Source: Campylobacterales bacterium (GTDB lineage Bacteria; Campylobacterota; Campylobacteria; Campylobacterales; QNZT01). Taken from it: a DNA stretch of 63,644 bases. The notes beneath the pieces were generated by a model, which saw only the letters and a list, made by a program, of their open reading frames with translations, did no database searches and was not told where the DNA came from. Location: assembly GCA_016744895.1 (NCBI GenBank), contig JADGDK010000002.1:1-63644 (forward strand), read 5' to 3'. Position 1 is the stretch's first letter, and each line of letters starts with the position of its first letter. Shown here in pieces: positions 41,725 through 52,540 of this stretch. The position numbers were made by a program, and so were the translations under genes.

Positions 41725-42285
41725 ATGGGATTAAAGTCTGACAAATGGATTAGAGAAAAGTCATTAGAAGAGAGCATGATAGCACCATTTTGTGAAGAGC
41801 AAGTGGGGAAAGATGTTGTAAGTTATGGGTTAAGTAGTTACGGTTACGACATCAGAGTAGGTCGAGAGTTCAAAATCTTTACCAATGTAAACTCAACTGT
41901 GGTAGATCCAAAAAACTTTGATGAAGCTAATGTTGTTGATGTGGAAGCTGATGTGGCAATTGTACCTCCAAACTCTTTTGCTTTAGCCCGAACCGTTGAG
42001 TATTTTAAGATGCCAGATGATGTTTTAGCGATTTGTTTGGGAAAAAGTACTTATGCCAGATGTGGAATTATTGTAAATGTGACACCATTTGAGCCTGGAT
42101 TTGAAGGGCATATCACGATTGAAATTTCAAATACTACACCTCTTCCTGCAAAAATATATGCCAACGAAGGTATTGCTCAAGTCCTCTTTTTAGAAGGGGA
42201 TGAGCCATGTGAAGTGACTTATGCCGATAAAAAAGGAAAATATCAAGCGCAAACTGGTATTACACTACCTCGTATTTTAAAATAG
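41725..42285 (+). CDS. dcd: dCTP deaminase
   Basis: [37 protein letters not shown]. Confidence 0.96.
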   Translation: MGLKSDKWIREKSLEESMIAPFCEEQVGKDVVSYGLSSYGYDIRVGREFKIFTNVNSTVVDPKNFDEANVVDVEADVAIVPPNSFALARTVEYFKMPDDVLAICLGKSTYARCGIIVNVTPFEPGFEGHITIEISNTTPLPAKIYANEGIAQVLFLEGDEPCEVTYADKKGKYQAQTGITLPRILK

Positions 42286-42300
42286 GACACTTGTCCTGTT
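42281..42300 (+). terminator. Short hairpin after dcd
   Basis: AATAGGAC / GTCCTGTT stem. Confidence 0.45.
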
Positions 42301-42418
42301 CTAAAATAGTTATGAATGATAATTATTTTAAATTAAGTTTATTGTATTATCGAAATAGATCTGTTTATATATTGAAGGTAACTTATGCAATTTCCTATTA
42401 TTCTACAAGGTATATATT

Positions 42419-44662
42419 TTGTTTGCTAAAGATGAAGAACAGATTCTTAATGCTATAAAATATACGCCTAGTCTTATTGTTTTTATTCTTGGCAGTCTTA
42501 TTGCACTATTTTTATACACTGAGAATAAGCAAAGCTTTGATAAAGAGAAAGAACTTCTTACCCAAAACTATATACAACAGCATAAAAGAGAGATTAAACA
42601 AGAAGTTGAACGTATTTATAATTATATTGATAATGAACAAAAACATACAGAGAAAAATCTTAAAACAGAGATTCAAGAGTGTACAGATGTTGCTCATGTG
42701 ATTGTAAGATCTATATATGAGAAAAATTATCAAATAAAAAGTAAGCTGGAAATCACTAAGATGATTCAAGATGCACTTCGTGATGTACGATACAATGAAG
42801 GAAGAGGTTATTTTTTCATCTATGATATGGAAGGCAATAATATCTTTCATCCAATTGATCCTAAGGGCGAGGGGAAGAATCACTTTTATGATAAAGATGT
42901 AATAGGTAATTATCGAACTCAAGAATTGATCAAGATTGTAAAAGAGAAAAATGAAGGTTTTTTAGATTGGTATTTTACTAAACCTAATGTCCAAAATGTA
43001 GAGTTTAAAAAGATTGGCTTTGTCAAATATTTTAAACCCTATAATTGGCTTATAGGTACAGGTGAATATGTAGAGGACTACACCAATGAACTGCAAACAC
43101 ATATATTGGAGTATATTAATCACGTAAAATATGGTAAAAATGGTTATATCGTTATATTGACTGAAGATGGTATAGTTAAAGCACATATTGATAAAAATGA
43201 AATTAATACAACAATATTAAATACAACACAATTCAATAATCCTAAAAAAATCTTTGACAAAATGAAAACTATAGCTGATAGTGGAGGTGGATACTTCTCA
43301 TTTGTACATAAAAATAAGCCGAATCAGCACAGTCAAAAGATCAAAAAAATAAATTATTATAGATCTTTTGATACATGGAAGTGGATTATTGGTACAGGGT
43401 TTTACGAAGATGATCTAAAAGCAGCAATTTCAGAGAAAAAAGAAGCATTAGATAAACGTTTTACAGAACATATTACAAAGGTTTTATTGATGTGCTTATT
43501 TATAACGCTTGCATTGCTTATATTGTCAATATTAGCGTCAATAATATTGCGAAAAAAGTTCCAAGCTTATAAAAAAGATGTTGAAATTTCTCAGCAAGAG
43601 CGGAATATGCAACACGATATGTTACTCAAAGTACAAAAAGCTGCAATGATTGGTAGCTGGGAGATAGATCTCAATACTATGGACGTACATTGGTCTGATC
43701 AAGTTTTAAAGATCTTCGGTCTTGATGGGAAAACTTTTAGTGCAGGACCGGAATTTTTAAAAAGTATTATGCATGAAGATGATATATCCTGTTTTGAAGC
43801 GTCGCTAGAACAAGCACTTAAATATGGGACAGAGCATCGATGTACTTATAGACTTTATAAGCCTGATGGGGAGATGATATGGATTGATTGTATCGGTATT
43901 GTAGATCCAGAGACAAATATTATAAGTGGCACAGTACAAAATATCACTGAGTTAAAAAATAAAGATGAGATGCTCATAACACAATCGAGACTTGCTGCGA
44001 TGGGTGAGATGATTGGGATGATTGCACATCAATGGAGACAACCTATCTCAGTAATTGCTGTACAAGCAAATAGTGTTAAGATTGATGTTGCCTTAAATAA
44101 ATTTGATACCAAAGATGCTATAAAGTTTACTGATAATATTCTTGAACAAACACAACATCTCTCTAAAACAATTGATGATTTTAGAAACTTTTTTAAACCT
44201 GATAAAGCGCCATCTAAAGCAAAGATAGAAATAGTACTTGATGGGACTTTTAAGATTGTAAAAAATAGTTTAGATAACTATAGAATTAAACTGGAAACTT
44301 CTTATGATTCCGATACAGAGTTGACACTTTATCCTAGAGAGCTTATGCAGGTTTTTGTCAATATCATTAATAATGCTAAAGATGCTCTTGTCTCAAATAA
44401 AGTAAAAGATCCTACTATTTTTATAAAGGTTTATGAAAATAAGAATACTGTCATAACAGAGATTTGTGATAATGGAGGTGGAATTGATACTCAGATACTT
44501 TCAAAGATTTTTGATCCTTACTTTTCTACTAAAGATGAAAAGACAGGTACAGGATTAGGACTTTATATGAGTAAAATGATTATTGAAGATCATCTTCATG
44601 GCAGTATAGAAGCACATAACAAGCAAAAAGGTAGTTGCTTTATAGTGAGATTACCAAAGTAG
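42419..44662 (+). CDS. Orphan sensor histidine kinase, tandem Cache-PAS-HisKA-HATPase
   Basis: TM, two Cache-like repeats (GYFFIYD, W.IGTG.Y), TM, PAS, AHQWRQP, NNAKDA, DNGGG, GTGLGL; TTG start. Confidence 0.9.
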   Translation: MFAKDEEQILNAIKYTPSLIVFILGSLIALFLYTENKQSFDKEKELLTQNYIQQHKREIKQEVERIYNYIDNEQKHTEKNLKTEIQECTDVAHVIVRSIYEKNYQIKSKLEITKMIQDALRDVRYNEGRGYFFIYDMEGNNIFHPIDPKGEGKNHFYDKDVIGNYRTQELIKIVKEKNEGFLDWYFTKPNVQNVEFKKIGFVKYFKPYNWLIGTGEYVEDYTNELQTHILEYINHVKYGKNGYIVILTEDGIVKAHIDKNEINTTILNTTQFNNPKKIFDKMKTIADSGGGYFSFVHKNKPNQHSQKIKKINYYRSFDTWKWIIGTGFYEDDLKAAISEKKEALDKRFTEHITKVLLMCLFITLALLILSILASIILRKKFQAYKKDVEISQQERNMQHDMLLKVQKAAMIGSWEIDLNTMDVHWSDQVLKIFGLDGKTFSAGPEFLKSIMHEDDISCFEASLEQALKYGTEHRCTYRLYKPDGEMIWIDCIGIVDPETNIISGTVQNITELKNKDEMLITQSRLAAMGEMIGMIAHQWRQPISVIAVQANSVKIDVALNKFDTKDAIKFTDNILEQTQHLSKTIDDFRNFFKPDKAPSKAKIEIVLDGTFKIVKNSLDNYRIKLETSYDSDTELTLYPRELMQVFVNIINNAKDALVSNKVKDPTIFIKVYENKNTVITEICDNGGGIDTQILSKIFDPYFSTKDEKTGTGLGLYMSKMIIEDHLHGSIEAHNKQKGSCFIVRLPK

Positions 44663-44724
44663 TTCGTAAAAGCATATCTGCTATGCTATAATTATTTTTT
44701 ACATCTTAAACTATAATGAGTCTT

Positions 44725-46056
44725 ATGAAACGCTTTGAATTACTACAAGTCACCAAACATTTAGCACAATATAAAAAGATCAATACCATTGAAAAAGTAG
44801 ATGATACGATCATCAAAATTGCATTTGATAGAGATACACCCTATTTTTTTGATATGAAGCGTGGAGGGTCATTTATATTTAAAAAGGAGGGTTATAAAAA
44901 AGTTAGAAATTATAATTCTCCTTTTGATGTGGTACTTACTAAGCGTTTTACCAATGCTAAAATTCAAAATATGGAGGTTATGGAAGGTAATAGAATTCTT
45001 AGAATATACGTTCAAACGAGCTCAAAGTATAAAGCACAACTTTCAATTTTACAGTTTGAATTTACAGGAAGAAATACCAATGTAATTATCTTAGATGAAT
45101 ATGGTGTGATTCTTGAGGCATTTCGTCACATTGATAGTAAAAACTCTTTTCGTGAAGTTAAAGTGGGAATAGTATTAGCGCCATTACCTGCTAGAGAATT
45201 TGTGGAGCATAAGGAGGAGATTAAAGATATTGAATCATATCTTTACAATGCGTATGAGAAATTAGAAGTTTCTAGGCTTATTACGATAAAAAATCAGAAG
45301 ATTCTTACAATCTCTAAAAAATTGAAAAAATTACAAAAGAGTTATGATCGATTAGAGGATGAAGATAAGCTTCTGGAAAAAAGTAGTACACTTCAAATGG
45401 ATGGTAATTTAATTCTTTCAAATATTCATAATATGCGTAATTATCAAAAAGAGATTGAAGTCTTGGATTACGAAGGAAATACTAAAGTTATTTACCTTCC
45501 CGAAGATATACGAACTCCTTCAGAAGCTGCGAATAGATTATTTACAAGATCTAAAAAACTTAAACAAAAAGCAAAAAACACCTATATAGAAAGAGAAAAC
45601 CTCTCTTCTAAACTTACCTTTTTAAAAAGACTTCAAAAAAGTATCACTTCATCACAAACTATTGATGAAGTTAACCTTTATCTTCCAAAACAACCTAAAA
45701 AGATAAAAAAAGAGATTAAAGAGGATGCAAATATTGAATCTTTTTTTATTGAAGGGTATAAAATTACTCTTGGAAAGAATGAAAAAGGCAATATTACACT
45801 TCTTAAAACAGCAAAAATGAGTGATATTTGGATGCATCTTAAAGATATGCCTTCAACTCATGTTATAATAAGAAATGATAAAAAAAATGTCCCAGATTTA
45901 GTCTTGGAATTTGGAGCAAAGCTTTGTGTGCAGTTTAGTGCAGTTTCAGAAGGTTCTTATTTGGTCGATTATACCTATAGACGAAATGTGAAAATGCGTG
46001 AAGGTGCTAATGTTAATTATGTAGAGTATAAAACGATACAGGCTATGAAGAACTAG
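44725..46056 (+). CDS. NFACT/RqcH (FbpA-like) ribosome quality-control protein
   Basis: EFTGRNTNVII, coiled coil, GKNEKGN, DIWMHLKDMPSTHVII NFACT-R domain; start 44716 or 44725. Confidence 0.88.
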   Translation: MKRFELLQVTKHLAQYKKINTIEKVDDTIIKIAFDRDTPYFFDMKRGGSFIFKKEGYKKVRNYNSPFDVVLTKRFTNAKIQNMEVMEGNRILRIYVQTSSKYKAQLSILQFEFTGRNTNVIILDEYGVILEAFRHIDSKNSFREVKVGIVLAPLPAREFVEHKEEIKDIESYLYNAYEKLEVSRLITIKNQKILTISKKLKKLQKSYDRLEDEDKLLEKSSTLQMDGNLILSNIHNMRNYQKEIEVLDYEGNTKVIYLPEDIRTPSEAANRLFTRSKKLKQKAKNTYIERENLSSKLTFLKRLQKSITSSQTIDEVNLYLPKQPKKIKKEIKEDANIESFFIEGYKITLGKNEKGNITLLKTAKMSDIWMHLKDMPSTHVIIRNDKKNVPDLVLEFGAKLCVQFSAVSEGSYLVDYTYRRNVKMREGANVNYVEYKTIQAMKN

Positions 46057-46065
46057 GAGGTTCAT

Positions 46066-46383
46066 ATGGCAATTACTCAGTTACACGGTATATTATTTGC
46101 AAATCAAAATATGCAAGTTGCTGCTTCCAAGCAAATAGATATGCAAGGAAGAATAGATTTTCAAAATATTGCAGCTGCAGCTGCAGCAAATGACAAGAGT
46201 AGAGAGATTGAAGAGACTAGACCCACAGAAGAGGGTAAAGGTGTAGATCCTGATCGCGAGCATAATAAAGAACGTGCAGATCAAGAAGCTGGTGAAAAAG
46301 CTGAAGAGATAAAGACAAAGTCTGATAAAAATAGATCTGAAGATAAAACACATACAACGCACTTATTAGATATAAAAGTGTAA
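46066..46383 (+). CDS. Conserved small hydrophilic protein
   Basis: AGGAGG RBS; NQN, VDPDREH, C-terminal HLLDIKV. Confidence 0.75.
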   Translation: MAITQLHGILFANQNMQVAASKQIDMQGRIDFQNIAAAAAANDKSREIEETRPTEEGKGVDPDREHNKERADQEAGEKAEEIKTKSDKNRSEDKTHTTHLLDIKV

Positions 46384-46453
46384 ATCTACTACTAAATATT
46401 CAGCACTAATTGACCACAAAACTACTATAATTTTACTCTAAAAGGTGACATAT

Positions 46454-47218
46454 ATGATTCAAAATATTTTAAAAAATCTTGATAAAGAACGAATTACTAC
46501 AGGGCTAGCACTTATTGGAGCTATGGTTTTATTGGCTTGGATAGATAACTCATTTTTAACGTGGTTATTTTTAGGGGTTGCTTTTATGTTTTCTTTTTAT
46601 GAAGCTATGAAACTTTTTGACATTGATGATAACTCTATGTATGTTTATGCATTAGTACTTTGGATTATCTCTTTTTTCTATATTAATCCTGATGATTTGA
46701 TTTTTGTTGCTTTAATTGTATTTGCATCTATGATGATTTATAAAGGTGAAGTAGATTTTAAAAAAACTTATGTATTTTTATATCCAACCAGTTCATTTCT
46801 TTTTCTTTTAGCCCTATATAAAGGTTTTGGAATGGAGAGCCTAGTTTGGTTAGTGATTGTAGTTGCTTTAACTGATACAGGAGCTTATTTTGTAGGTCGT
46901 TCTTTTGGTAAAACTAAGTTTTGCGAAGTCTCTCCTAAAAAGACTTGGGAAGGTGTAATTGGTGGTGTTGCATTGGCTACAATAGTTGGAGCTTATTATG
47001 GTACACAGTTTGTATCTCCTTTTCTTTCGTTCTTTATCTCGTTGATCGTCTCTTTCTCATCAATTTTTGGAGATCTTTTTGAGAGTTATCTCAAAAGAAC
47101 AGCTGGTGTTAAAGATAGTGGAAATGTACTTCCAGGTCATGGTGGTGTACTTGACCGTGTTGATGGATATATGTTTGGGGCAGTTTTGATGGTTATTGCC
47201 CTTAGGGGACTTAGTTGA
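46454..47218 (+). CDS. cdsA: Phosphatidate cytidylyltransferase
   Basis: DTGAYFVG, SPKKTWEG, GDLFESYLKR.AGVKDSG..LPGHGGVLDRVD. Confidence 0.96.
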   Translation: MIQNILKNLDKERITTGLALIGAMVLLAWIDNSFLTWLFLGVAFMFSFYEAMKLFDIDDNSMYVYALVLWIISFFYINPDDLIFVALIVFASMMIYKGEVDFKKTYVFLYPTSSFLFLLALYKGFGMESLVWLVIVVALTDTGAYFVGRSFGKTKFCEVSPKKTWEGVIGGVALATIVGAYYGTQFVSPFLSFFISLIVSFSSIFGDLFESYLKRTAGVKDSGNVLPGHGGVLDRVDGYMFGAVLMVIALRGLS

Positions 47219-48282
47219 TTCTTCTTGGAAGTACGGGTTCTATAGGTGTTAATGCGCTAAATATCGCTCGAAAATTTGATCTTGAGGTTGATGTTTTAGT
47301 CGCTGGAAATAGTATTGCACTTTTAAATGAACAAATTAAAGAGTTTCACCCTAGCATTGTTGTTATCGCAAATAAAGAGTCTGTTAAAGATGTACAGCAT
47401 CATAATGTGTTATATGGTGAAGAGGGAATTTTAGAGGCAATTAATAAGAGTAATAGTCAGAGTGTTGTTAATGCATTGGTTGGATATGTAGGTTTAAAAC
47501 CTACATTGGAGTCTATAAAGTTAGGTAAAAAAGTTGCTTTAGCAAATAAAGAGTCTTTAGTAGTGGGTGGAAAATTTGTTGATACTTCAAATATCACACC
47601 AATTGATAGTGAACATTTTGGTCTTTGGTATCTTTTGAGTGATAAAAAGATTGATAAAATGACAATTACTGCTAGTGGTGGTTCTTTTCGTGACACTCCA
47701 CTTGACATGTTACAAAATGTAACTATCCAACAGGCTCTAAATCATCCAAATTGGAGTATGGGAAAAAAAATTACTATTGATAGTGCTACGATGACAAATA
47801 AACTTTTTGAACTGCTTGAGGCTAAGTGGTTATTTGATATTGATAATTTAGATGCAATTATGGAGACAAAATCAATTATACATGCACTTATAGATTTTAA
47901 AGATGGAAGTTCGACGGCACATATTGCGTCAGCTGATATGAAACTTCCTATTGCTTATGCATTATTGGGAAAGGTGGATGATCAAATTTTAAAGCCAGTC
48001 GATCTAGTATCAGTTGGAAATTTAGAATTTAGATCTATAGAATCTTCAAGGTATCCAATATGGCAAATTAAAGATGATATTTTAAGAAAACCACACTTAG
48101 GAGCAGTGATAAATGCAGCTAATGAAGTTGCAATAGCTCAATTTTTTGAAAAAAAGATATCATATATGGAAATTTCTAAAATTTCTTTAAGTGCATATAA
48201 AAAGTTTTATGATTATAATCCTACATCAATTGACGATGTATTTGAAATAGATAGGGAAGTACGAAACTTCGTGTTAAAGTAA
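47215..48282 (+). CDS. dxr: 1-deoxy-D-xylulose 5-phosphate reductoisomerase
   Basis: LGSTGSIG, LANKESLV, PIDSEH, HPNWSMGKKITIDSAT, NAANE. Confidence 0.97.
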   Translation: MILLGSTGSIGVNALNIARKFDLEVDVLVAGNSIALLNEQIKEFHPSIVVIANKESVKDVQHHNVLYGEEGILEAINKSNSQSVVNALVGYVGLKPTLESIKLGKKVALANKESLVVGGKFVDTSNITPIDSEHFGLWYLLSDKKIDKMTITASGGSFRDTPLDMLQNVTIQQALNHPNWSMGKKITIDSATMTNKLFELLEAKWLFDIDNLDAIMETKSIIHALIDFKDGSSTAHIASADMKLPIAYALLGKVDDQILKPVDLVSVGNLEFRSIESSRYPIWQIKDDILRKPHLGAVINAANEVAIAQFFEKKISYMEISKISLSAYKKFYDYNPTSIDDVFEIDREVRNFVLK

Positions 48283-48291
48283 GGATAAACC

Positions 48292-48495
48292 TTACTTTTT
48301 AAACGTGTTGTAAACTCTTTGTAAATCTTCGTAGTTAATTTCACTATTTTCTGTAATAAAAGTGATTGCTTCGTACGGATCTTCATCAGTAATTTCTAGT
48401 GCTTCTTCTAGTAATGTCGCTAATGCATCATCATCAAGAGTGTCTAAATCTATTTCGCTCAATGTCCCAAGCAATTCTAATTCTTCAACAGTCAT
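48292..48495 (-). CDS. Small acidic hypothetical protein
   Basis: 67 aa, AAGGA RBS, fills intergenic gap, very D/E-rich. Confidence 0.6.
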   Translation of the reverse strand: MTVEELELLGTLSEIDLDTLDDDALATLLEEALEITDEDPYEAITFITENSEINYEDLQRVYNTFKK

Positions 48496-48747
48496 GTCTC
48501 ATCCTTATTTGTATATAAATATTTTTTATTTTCACAAGCATCGGTTAAAATGCCAATAACTTTAGAGTATTAGAAAAATTAATACTCACCTTGAAATAAA
48601 ATTGAATTTTACATGAAAATAATTAAAGTATGCTGAAATTACTATGGTAAAATATATTTTTATAATATTTCATTTTTAACTACTTAAGTAAAATCATTTA
48701 ATGTTAAAAATGCTATAGTAGTTTAATAAACTATTAAGGAGTTATAA

Positions 48748-49194
48748 ATGAAAAAAGTATATATTATAGCTAGTACATTATTGTTAACATCATCATTAAG
48801 TGCTGAAGTACATAGAAATACAGGGTGTGGTTTGGGAAGTATGATTATCGAAAATCAAAATACAGTTGCCAAACAAGTTCTTGCTGCTACAACGAATGGA
48901 ACATTTGGAAATCAAACATTTGGTATCACTACAGGTTCGCTAAACTGTAATAAACCATATACAGTAGTTTCAAATGAAAAAATAGAGAAGTTTGTAGCAG
49001 ATAACATGGATGCATTGGCAGTAGATATCGCAACTGGAAATGGTGAAAATCTTGATACACTTTCAACACTTATGCAAGTTGATGATAAAGCATCTTTTTC
49101 AAAACTATTAAAAGCAAATTTTTCTAAAATATACTCGAGTGCTGATGTAACATCTGCTGATGTTATTGATGCAATTTCTACTATTACGGGATAG
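48748..49194 (+). CDS. DUF3015-family exported protein
   Basis: Signal peptide, GCGLGS, AATTNGTFGNQTFGITTGSLNC, NMDALAVDIATGNGE. Confidence 0.85.
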   Translation: MKKVYIIASTLLLTSSLSAEVHRNTGCGLGSMIIENQNTVAKQVLAATTNGTFGNQTFGITTGSLNCNKPYTVVSNEKIEKFVADNMDALAVDIATGNGENLDTLSTLMQVDDKASFSKLLKANFSKIYSSADVTSADVIDAISTITG

Positions 49195-49197
49195 ATC

Positions 49198-50943
49198 TTG
49201 TTAAGAAAAGGCATATATATATGCCTTTTCTTCATTTTTGTACCTCTTTCTCTTTTTACATATGAGATTTCAAATCTTCATAATGATCGTTACTGGCATA
49301 CACTACTTCATTTTAAAAATAGTACAAGTGAAATTGATGATAAAAAGTTTTTTCTTTCAACAAATGGTAAATATAATGCTAAGGAAGAATTACAGGCAAC
49401 TATTGAAGCATTACTAAAAGATAAAAATAGAATATTTTGTAAATTTCCTGCCCGTTCTCAGTGGATTTTGAAAAATATTCCAGAGTTAAAAGATAAGATT
49501 GGAGCATATTCTTGTTCTCAGATTGATAATCTTATAGAAGATTATGATCCAAAAAGTATTTCACTTATTTTTCCAACAGCACATATTAATGCTCCATCTT
49601 CTATGTATGGTCATAGTTTTTTACGGATTGATCATGATAAAAAAACACCACTGATATCACAGGCTATAAATTATGCAGCTCAAACTAGGGAATCCAATGG
49701 CTTACTTTTTGCCTATCATGGTCTTACAGGTGGGTATGATGGGAAGTACTCAATAACACCATATTATGAAAAAATCAAAGAGTATAATGACATGGAGCGT
49801 AGAGATATTTGGGAGTATGATCTAAATTTAAATGAAGAAGAGATTAAACAGCTTCTTTATCATCAATTTGAACTTAAAGATTATTCTGCAGATTATTTCT
49901 TTTTTACAGAAAATTGCTCTTATAATCTTTTATGGCTTTTAGAATCTGCTAGGAGTAGTGCACATCTTACTGATAAATTTAACATAAAAGCAATTCCTAT
50001 TGATACGATTCGAGCAGTTCAGAATGAAGGTTTTGTGAAAGAAGTATTATTTCGTCCATCAAAGAGTAAAAAGATAAAAAAGATTGTTCAAAAAATTGAT
50101 GATATGGTGATAGCTAAAACATTTTTAAAACAAAATTATAATGCAGAAATTATCAAAGATCAAGCTCTAGAACAACAAGCTTATATACTTGATTTATCTT
50201 CTGAAATACTAAGATACAAACGTGCTAAAAATAAAATTGTGAAAAAAGAGTATGTTGATGCTCTTATGAAAATTTTAAAACAAAGAAGTCAGATTGATAT
50301 TAAAAGTAATTATCCTATCTTAGAACCTTCTCGTCCACTTGAGGGGCATAAGACAAATAGATTGACTGTTTCATCAGATAAAGATTCATTTTTACTCTCG
50401 TTTAAACCTTCATTTCATGATATTTATGACATCGAACGTGGTTTTATAGAGGGTGCATATATTAACTTTTTTGATTTATCAATTCGAAAAGATCATGGGA
50501 GAAGTGTAAAATTACAGAAATTTGATATTGTAAATATTGCTTCTTATGCTCCAAGAGATCAAATATTTAAACCTCTATCATGGGAAGTTTCATTTGGATG
50601 GAAACGAAATTATAAGGATGTATTGGAATTTAAACTAAAAGGTGGGGCAGGGCATAGTTATGAACATATGGGATTTTTGTATTATATTTTTTTAGATCCA
50701 TCACTTTATATAGGTGAAAAACTATCAGCTTCTCTCTCACCTAAAGTTGGAATGATTAAAAACTTTTCAACCTTTAAATTTGGTGCTACAGCACAAAAAG
50801 AGTTCTTTTCACATGGAGATGAAATAACAAATGTTGAAGTTTTCTCAACATATAGTCTGCATAAAGATATATCCTTAAATCTAAAATATGATATAACAGA
50901 TTCCAAAAAAAGAGGAATGTTTTCTCTTTTTTACTATTTTTAG
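49198..50943 (+). CDS. DUF4105 (Lnb N-terminal-like) domain protein with probable C-terminal beta-barrel
   Basis: W..LLH, CKFPAR, SMYGHSFLR, ERRDIWEY, YFFFTENCSY; C-terminal FYYF. Confidence 0.82.
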   Translation: MLRKGIYICLFFIFVPLSLFTYEISNLHNDRYWHTLLHFKNSTSEIDDKKFFLSTNGKYNAKEELQATIEALLKDKNRIFCKFPARSQWILKNIPELKDKIGAYSCSQIDNLIEDYDPKSISLIFPTAHINAPSSMYGHSFLRIDHDKKTPLISQAINYAAQTRESNGLLFAYHGLTGGYDGKYSITPYYEKIKEYNDMERRDIWEYDLNLNEEEIKQLLYHQFELKDYSADYFFFTENCSYNLLWLLESARSSAHLTDKFNIKAIPIDTIRAVQNEGFVKEVLFRPSKSKKIKKIVQKIDDMVIAKTFLKQNYNAEIIKDQALEQQAYILDLSSEILRYKRAKNKIVKKEYVDALMKILKQRSQIDIKSNYPILEPSRPLEGHKTNRLTVSSDKDSFLLSFKPSFHDIYDIERGFIEGAYINFFDLSIRKDHGRSVKLQKFDIVNIASYAPRDQIFKPLSWEVSFGWKRNYKDVLEFKLKGGAGHSYEHMGFLYYIFLDPSLYIGEKLSASLSPKVGMIKNFSTFKFGATAQKEFFSHGDEITNVEVFSTYSLHKDISLNLKYDITDSKKRGMFSLFYYF

Positions 50944-50954
50944 GATGGGTATAG

Positions 50955-51941
50955 ATGATACTTAGTATTGAAAGCAGTTGTGATGATAGCTCTATAGCGA
51001 TAACAGAAATAAAAACAAAAAAGCTTATGTATCATAAAAAAATTTCACAAGAATTAGAACATTCACAATATGGTGGAGTAGTCCCAGAACTTGCTGCACG
51101 TCTTCATGCAACAGCACTTCCAAAAATACTCGAAGATGTGAAGAAGTTTTTCCCACATTTAAAGGCAATTGCAGTAACAAATCAGCCAGGCCTATCTGTT
51201 ACCTTAGTTGAAGGTGTGGCAATGGCACAAGCCCTCTCTATTTCATTAAACCTTCCCATCATTGCGGTTAATCACCTTCATGGTCATATCTATTCGCTTT
51301 TTATTGAAAAAGAGACACATTTTCCGCAAACAATTCTTTTGGTTTCTGGTGGACATACACAGGTTATAGAAGCCAATGGATTTGAAGATTTTAAGATTCT
51401 TGCTTCTACTATGGATGATAGTTTTGGAGAGAGTTTTGATAAAGTCTCTAAAATGCTTGGACTTGGTTATCCTGGTGGTCCAGTAGTTGAAAAGTATTCA
51501 CAAACAGGTGATATGGATCGGTTTAAGTTTACCATTCCACTTTTACACTCTCCAAAGATCGCTTTTTCTTATTCAGGTTTAAAAAATCAAGTACGTTTAC
51601 AGATTGAGGCATTGGGTGATTTGAGTGAAGATGATAAGTCTGATGTCTGTGCCTCTTTTCAAAAAACTGCTTCTGCACATTTGATACAAAAACTCAAAAA
51701 GATATTTAAAACAAAACAAATCAAAGATTTTGCAATAGTTGGTGGTGCGAGTGCCAATCTTTATCTAAGAGGGGAGATAGAAAAACTTTGTAATGTTCAT
51801 GGTACCAAGCTACATTTGGCTGAGTTAAAGTTTTGCTCAGACAATGCAGCTATGATAGGTCGATATGCTATTGATGCATACCATCAAGGTAAATTTTCCA
51901 AATTTGATGAAATAACTTCAAGCCCTAAGGTTACGATATAA
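50955..51941 (+). CDS. tsaD: tRNA threonylcarbamoyltransferase
   Basis: [47 protein letters not shown]. Confidence 0.96.
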   Translation: MILSIESSCDDSSIAITEIKTKKLMYHKKISQELEHSQYGGVVPELAARLHATALPKILEDVKKFFPHLKAIAVTNQPGLSVTLVEGVAMAQALSISLNLPIIAVNHLHGHIYSLFIEKETHFPQTILLVSGGHTQVIEANGFEDFKILASTMDDSFGESFDKVSKMLGLGYPGGPVVEKYSQTGDMDRFKFTIPLLHSPKIAFSYSGLKNQVRLQIEALGDLSEDDKSDVCASFQKTASAHLIQKLKKIFKTKQIKDFAIVGGASANLYLRGEIEKLCNVHGTKLHLAELKFCSDNAAMIGRYAIDAYHQGKFSKFDEITSSPKVTI

Positions 51942-52397
51942 AGTTCTCATCAAAAGTGCTAAAAGTGCAAATGTAAAAAGTTTAAAATCAAGTTCACTTG
52001 CGAAGTGTAGGTTTCCAAAAAGTGTACTTTCTGTAATACCCTCACCCTTTTTTTGCATCTCTAAAATTTGGGGTATATAATAAAATGAGTATAAAAGTCC
52101 ACTAGAGATTACTAAAAAAGCAGGTATTGTGGTGATGACTTCTCGATCATACATTTTATACTTATAGCCCTCATAAAGTACAACAATCAAAACAGTAAAA
52201 GAGACTAAATAGCCAAGTCTTACAAAGTTTTCAGTCATGATAAGCCCCTCTTGAAATCGTGTTAAAATTTCACTTCCAAGGTAGAGTTCGCTATGGAACG
52301 TTACAGGTGCAACAACAATCCCAGCAAAGAGTCCAGCTCCTAACATTGCTCCTAAAATCAAGATATATATCAGTGTGAGATATTTAGGTATTTTCAT
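51918..52397 (-). CDS. DUF4149-family membrane protein
   Basis: 4 [26 protein letters not shown]. Confidence 0.75.
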   Translation of the reverse strand: MKIPKYLTLIYILILGAMLGAGLFAGIVVAPVTFHSELYLGSEILTRFQEGLIMTENFVRLGYLVSFTVLIVVLYEGYKYKMYDREVITTIPAFLVISSGLLYSFYYIPQILEMQKKGEGITESTLFGNLHFASELDFKLFTFALLALLMRTLYRNLRA

Positions 52398-52452
52398 ATA
52401 AATCCTTTTAATTTTCTAATTAAGATAAATTTTATCCTATTTGTACTATAAT

Positions 52453-52540
52453 TCTCCTGTAGCAAGTTACTCTTACTGCTATATAGGCAGAGGGGACGGT
52501 GCGTATCCTTTCGCACCGCTGTCTTATTTCTTTAAATTTC
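52453..52540. ncRNA. Candidate structured sRNA locus, possibly a sense/antisense pair
   Basis: TATAAT on + (52447-52) and on - (52546-41) facing each other; stems TGTAGCA/TGCTATA, GGCAG/CTGTC, CGGTGCG/CGCACCG; 21/25 identity (minus strand) to 31593-31617. Confidence 0.55.

Noticed and set aside
52484-52503. GGCAGAGGGGACGG resembles the SAM-I riboswitch P2 region
   Set aside because: No AUC P1 strand, GCAACC or GUGC..AUUCC elements
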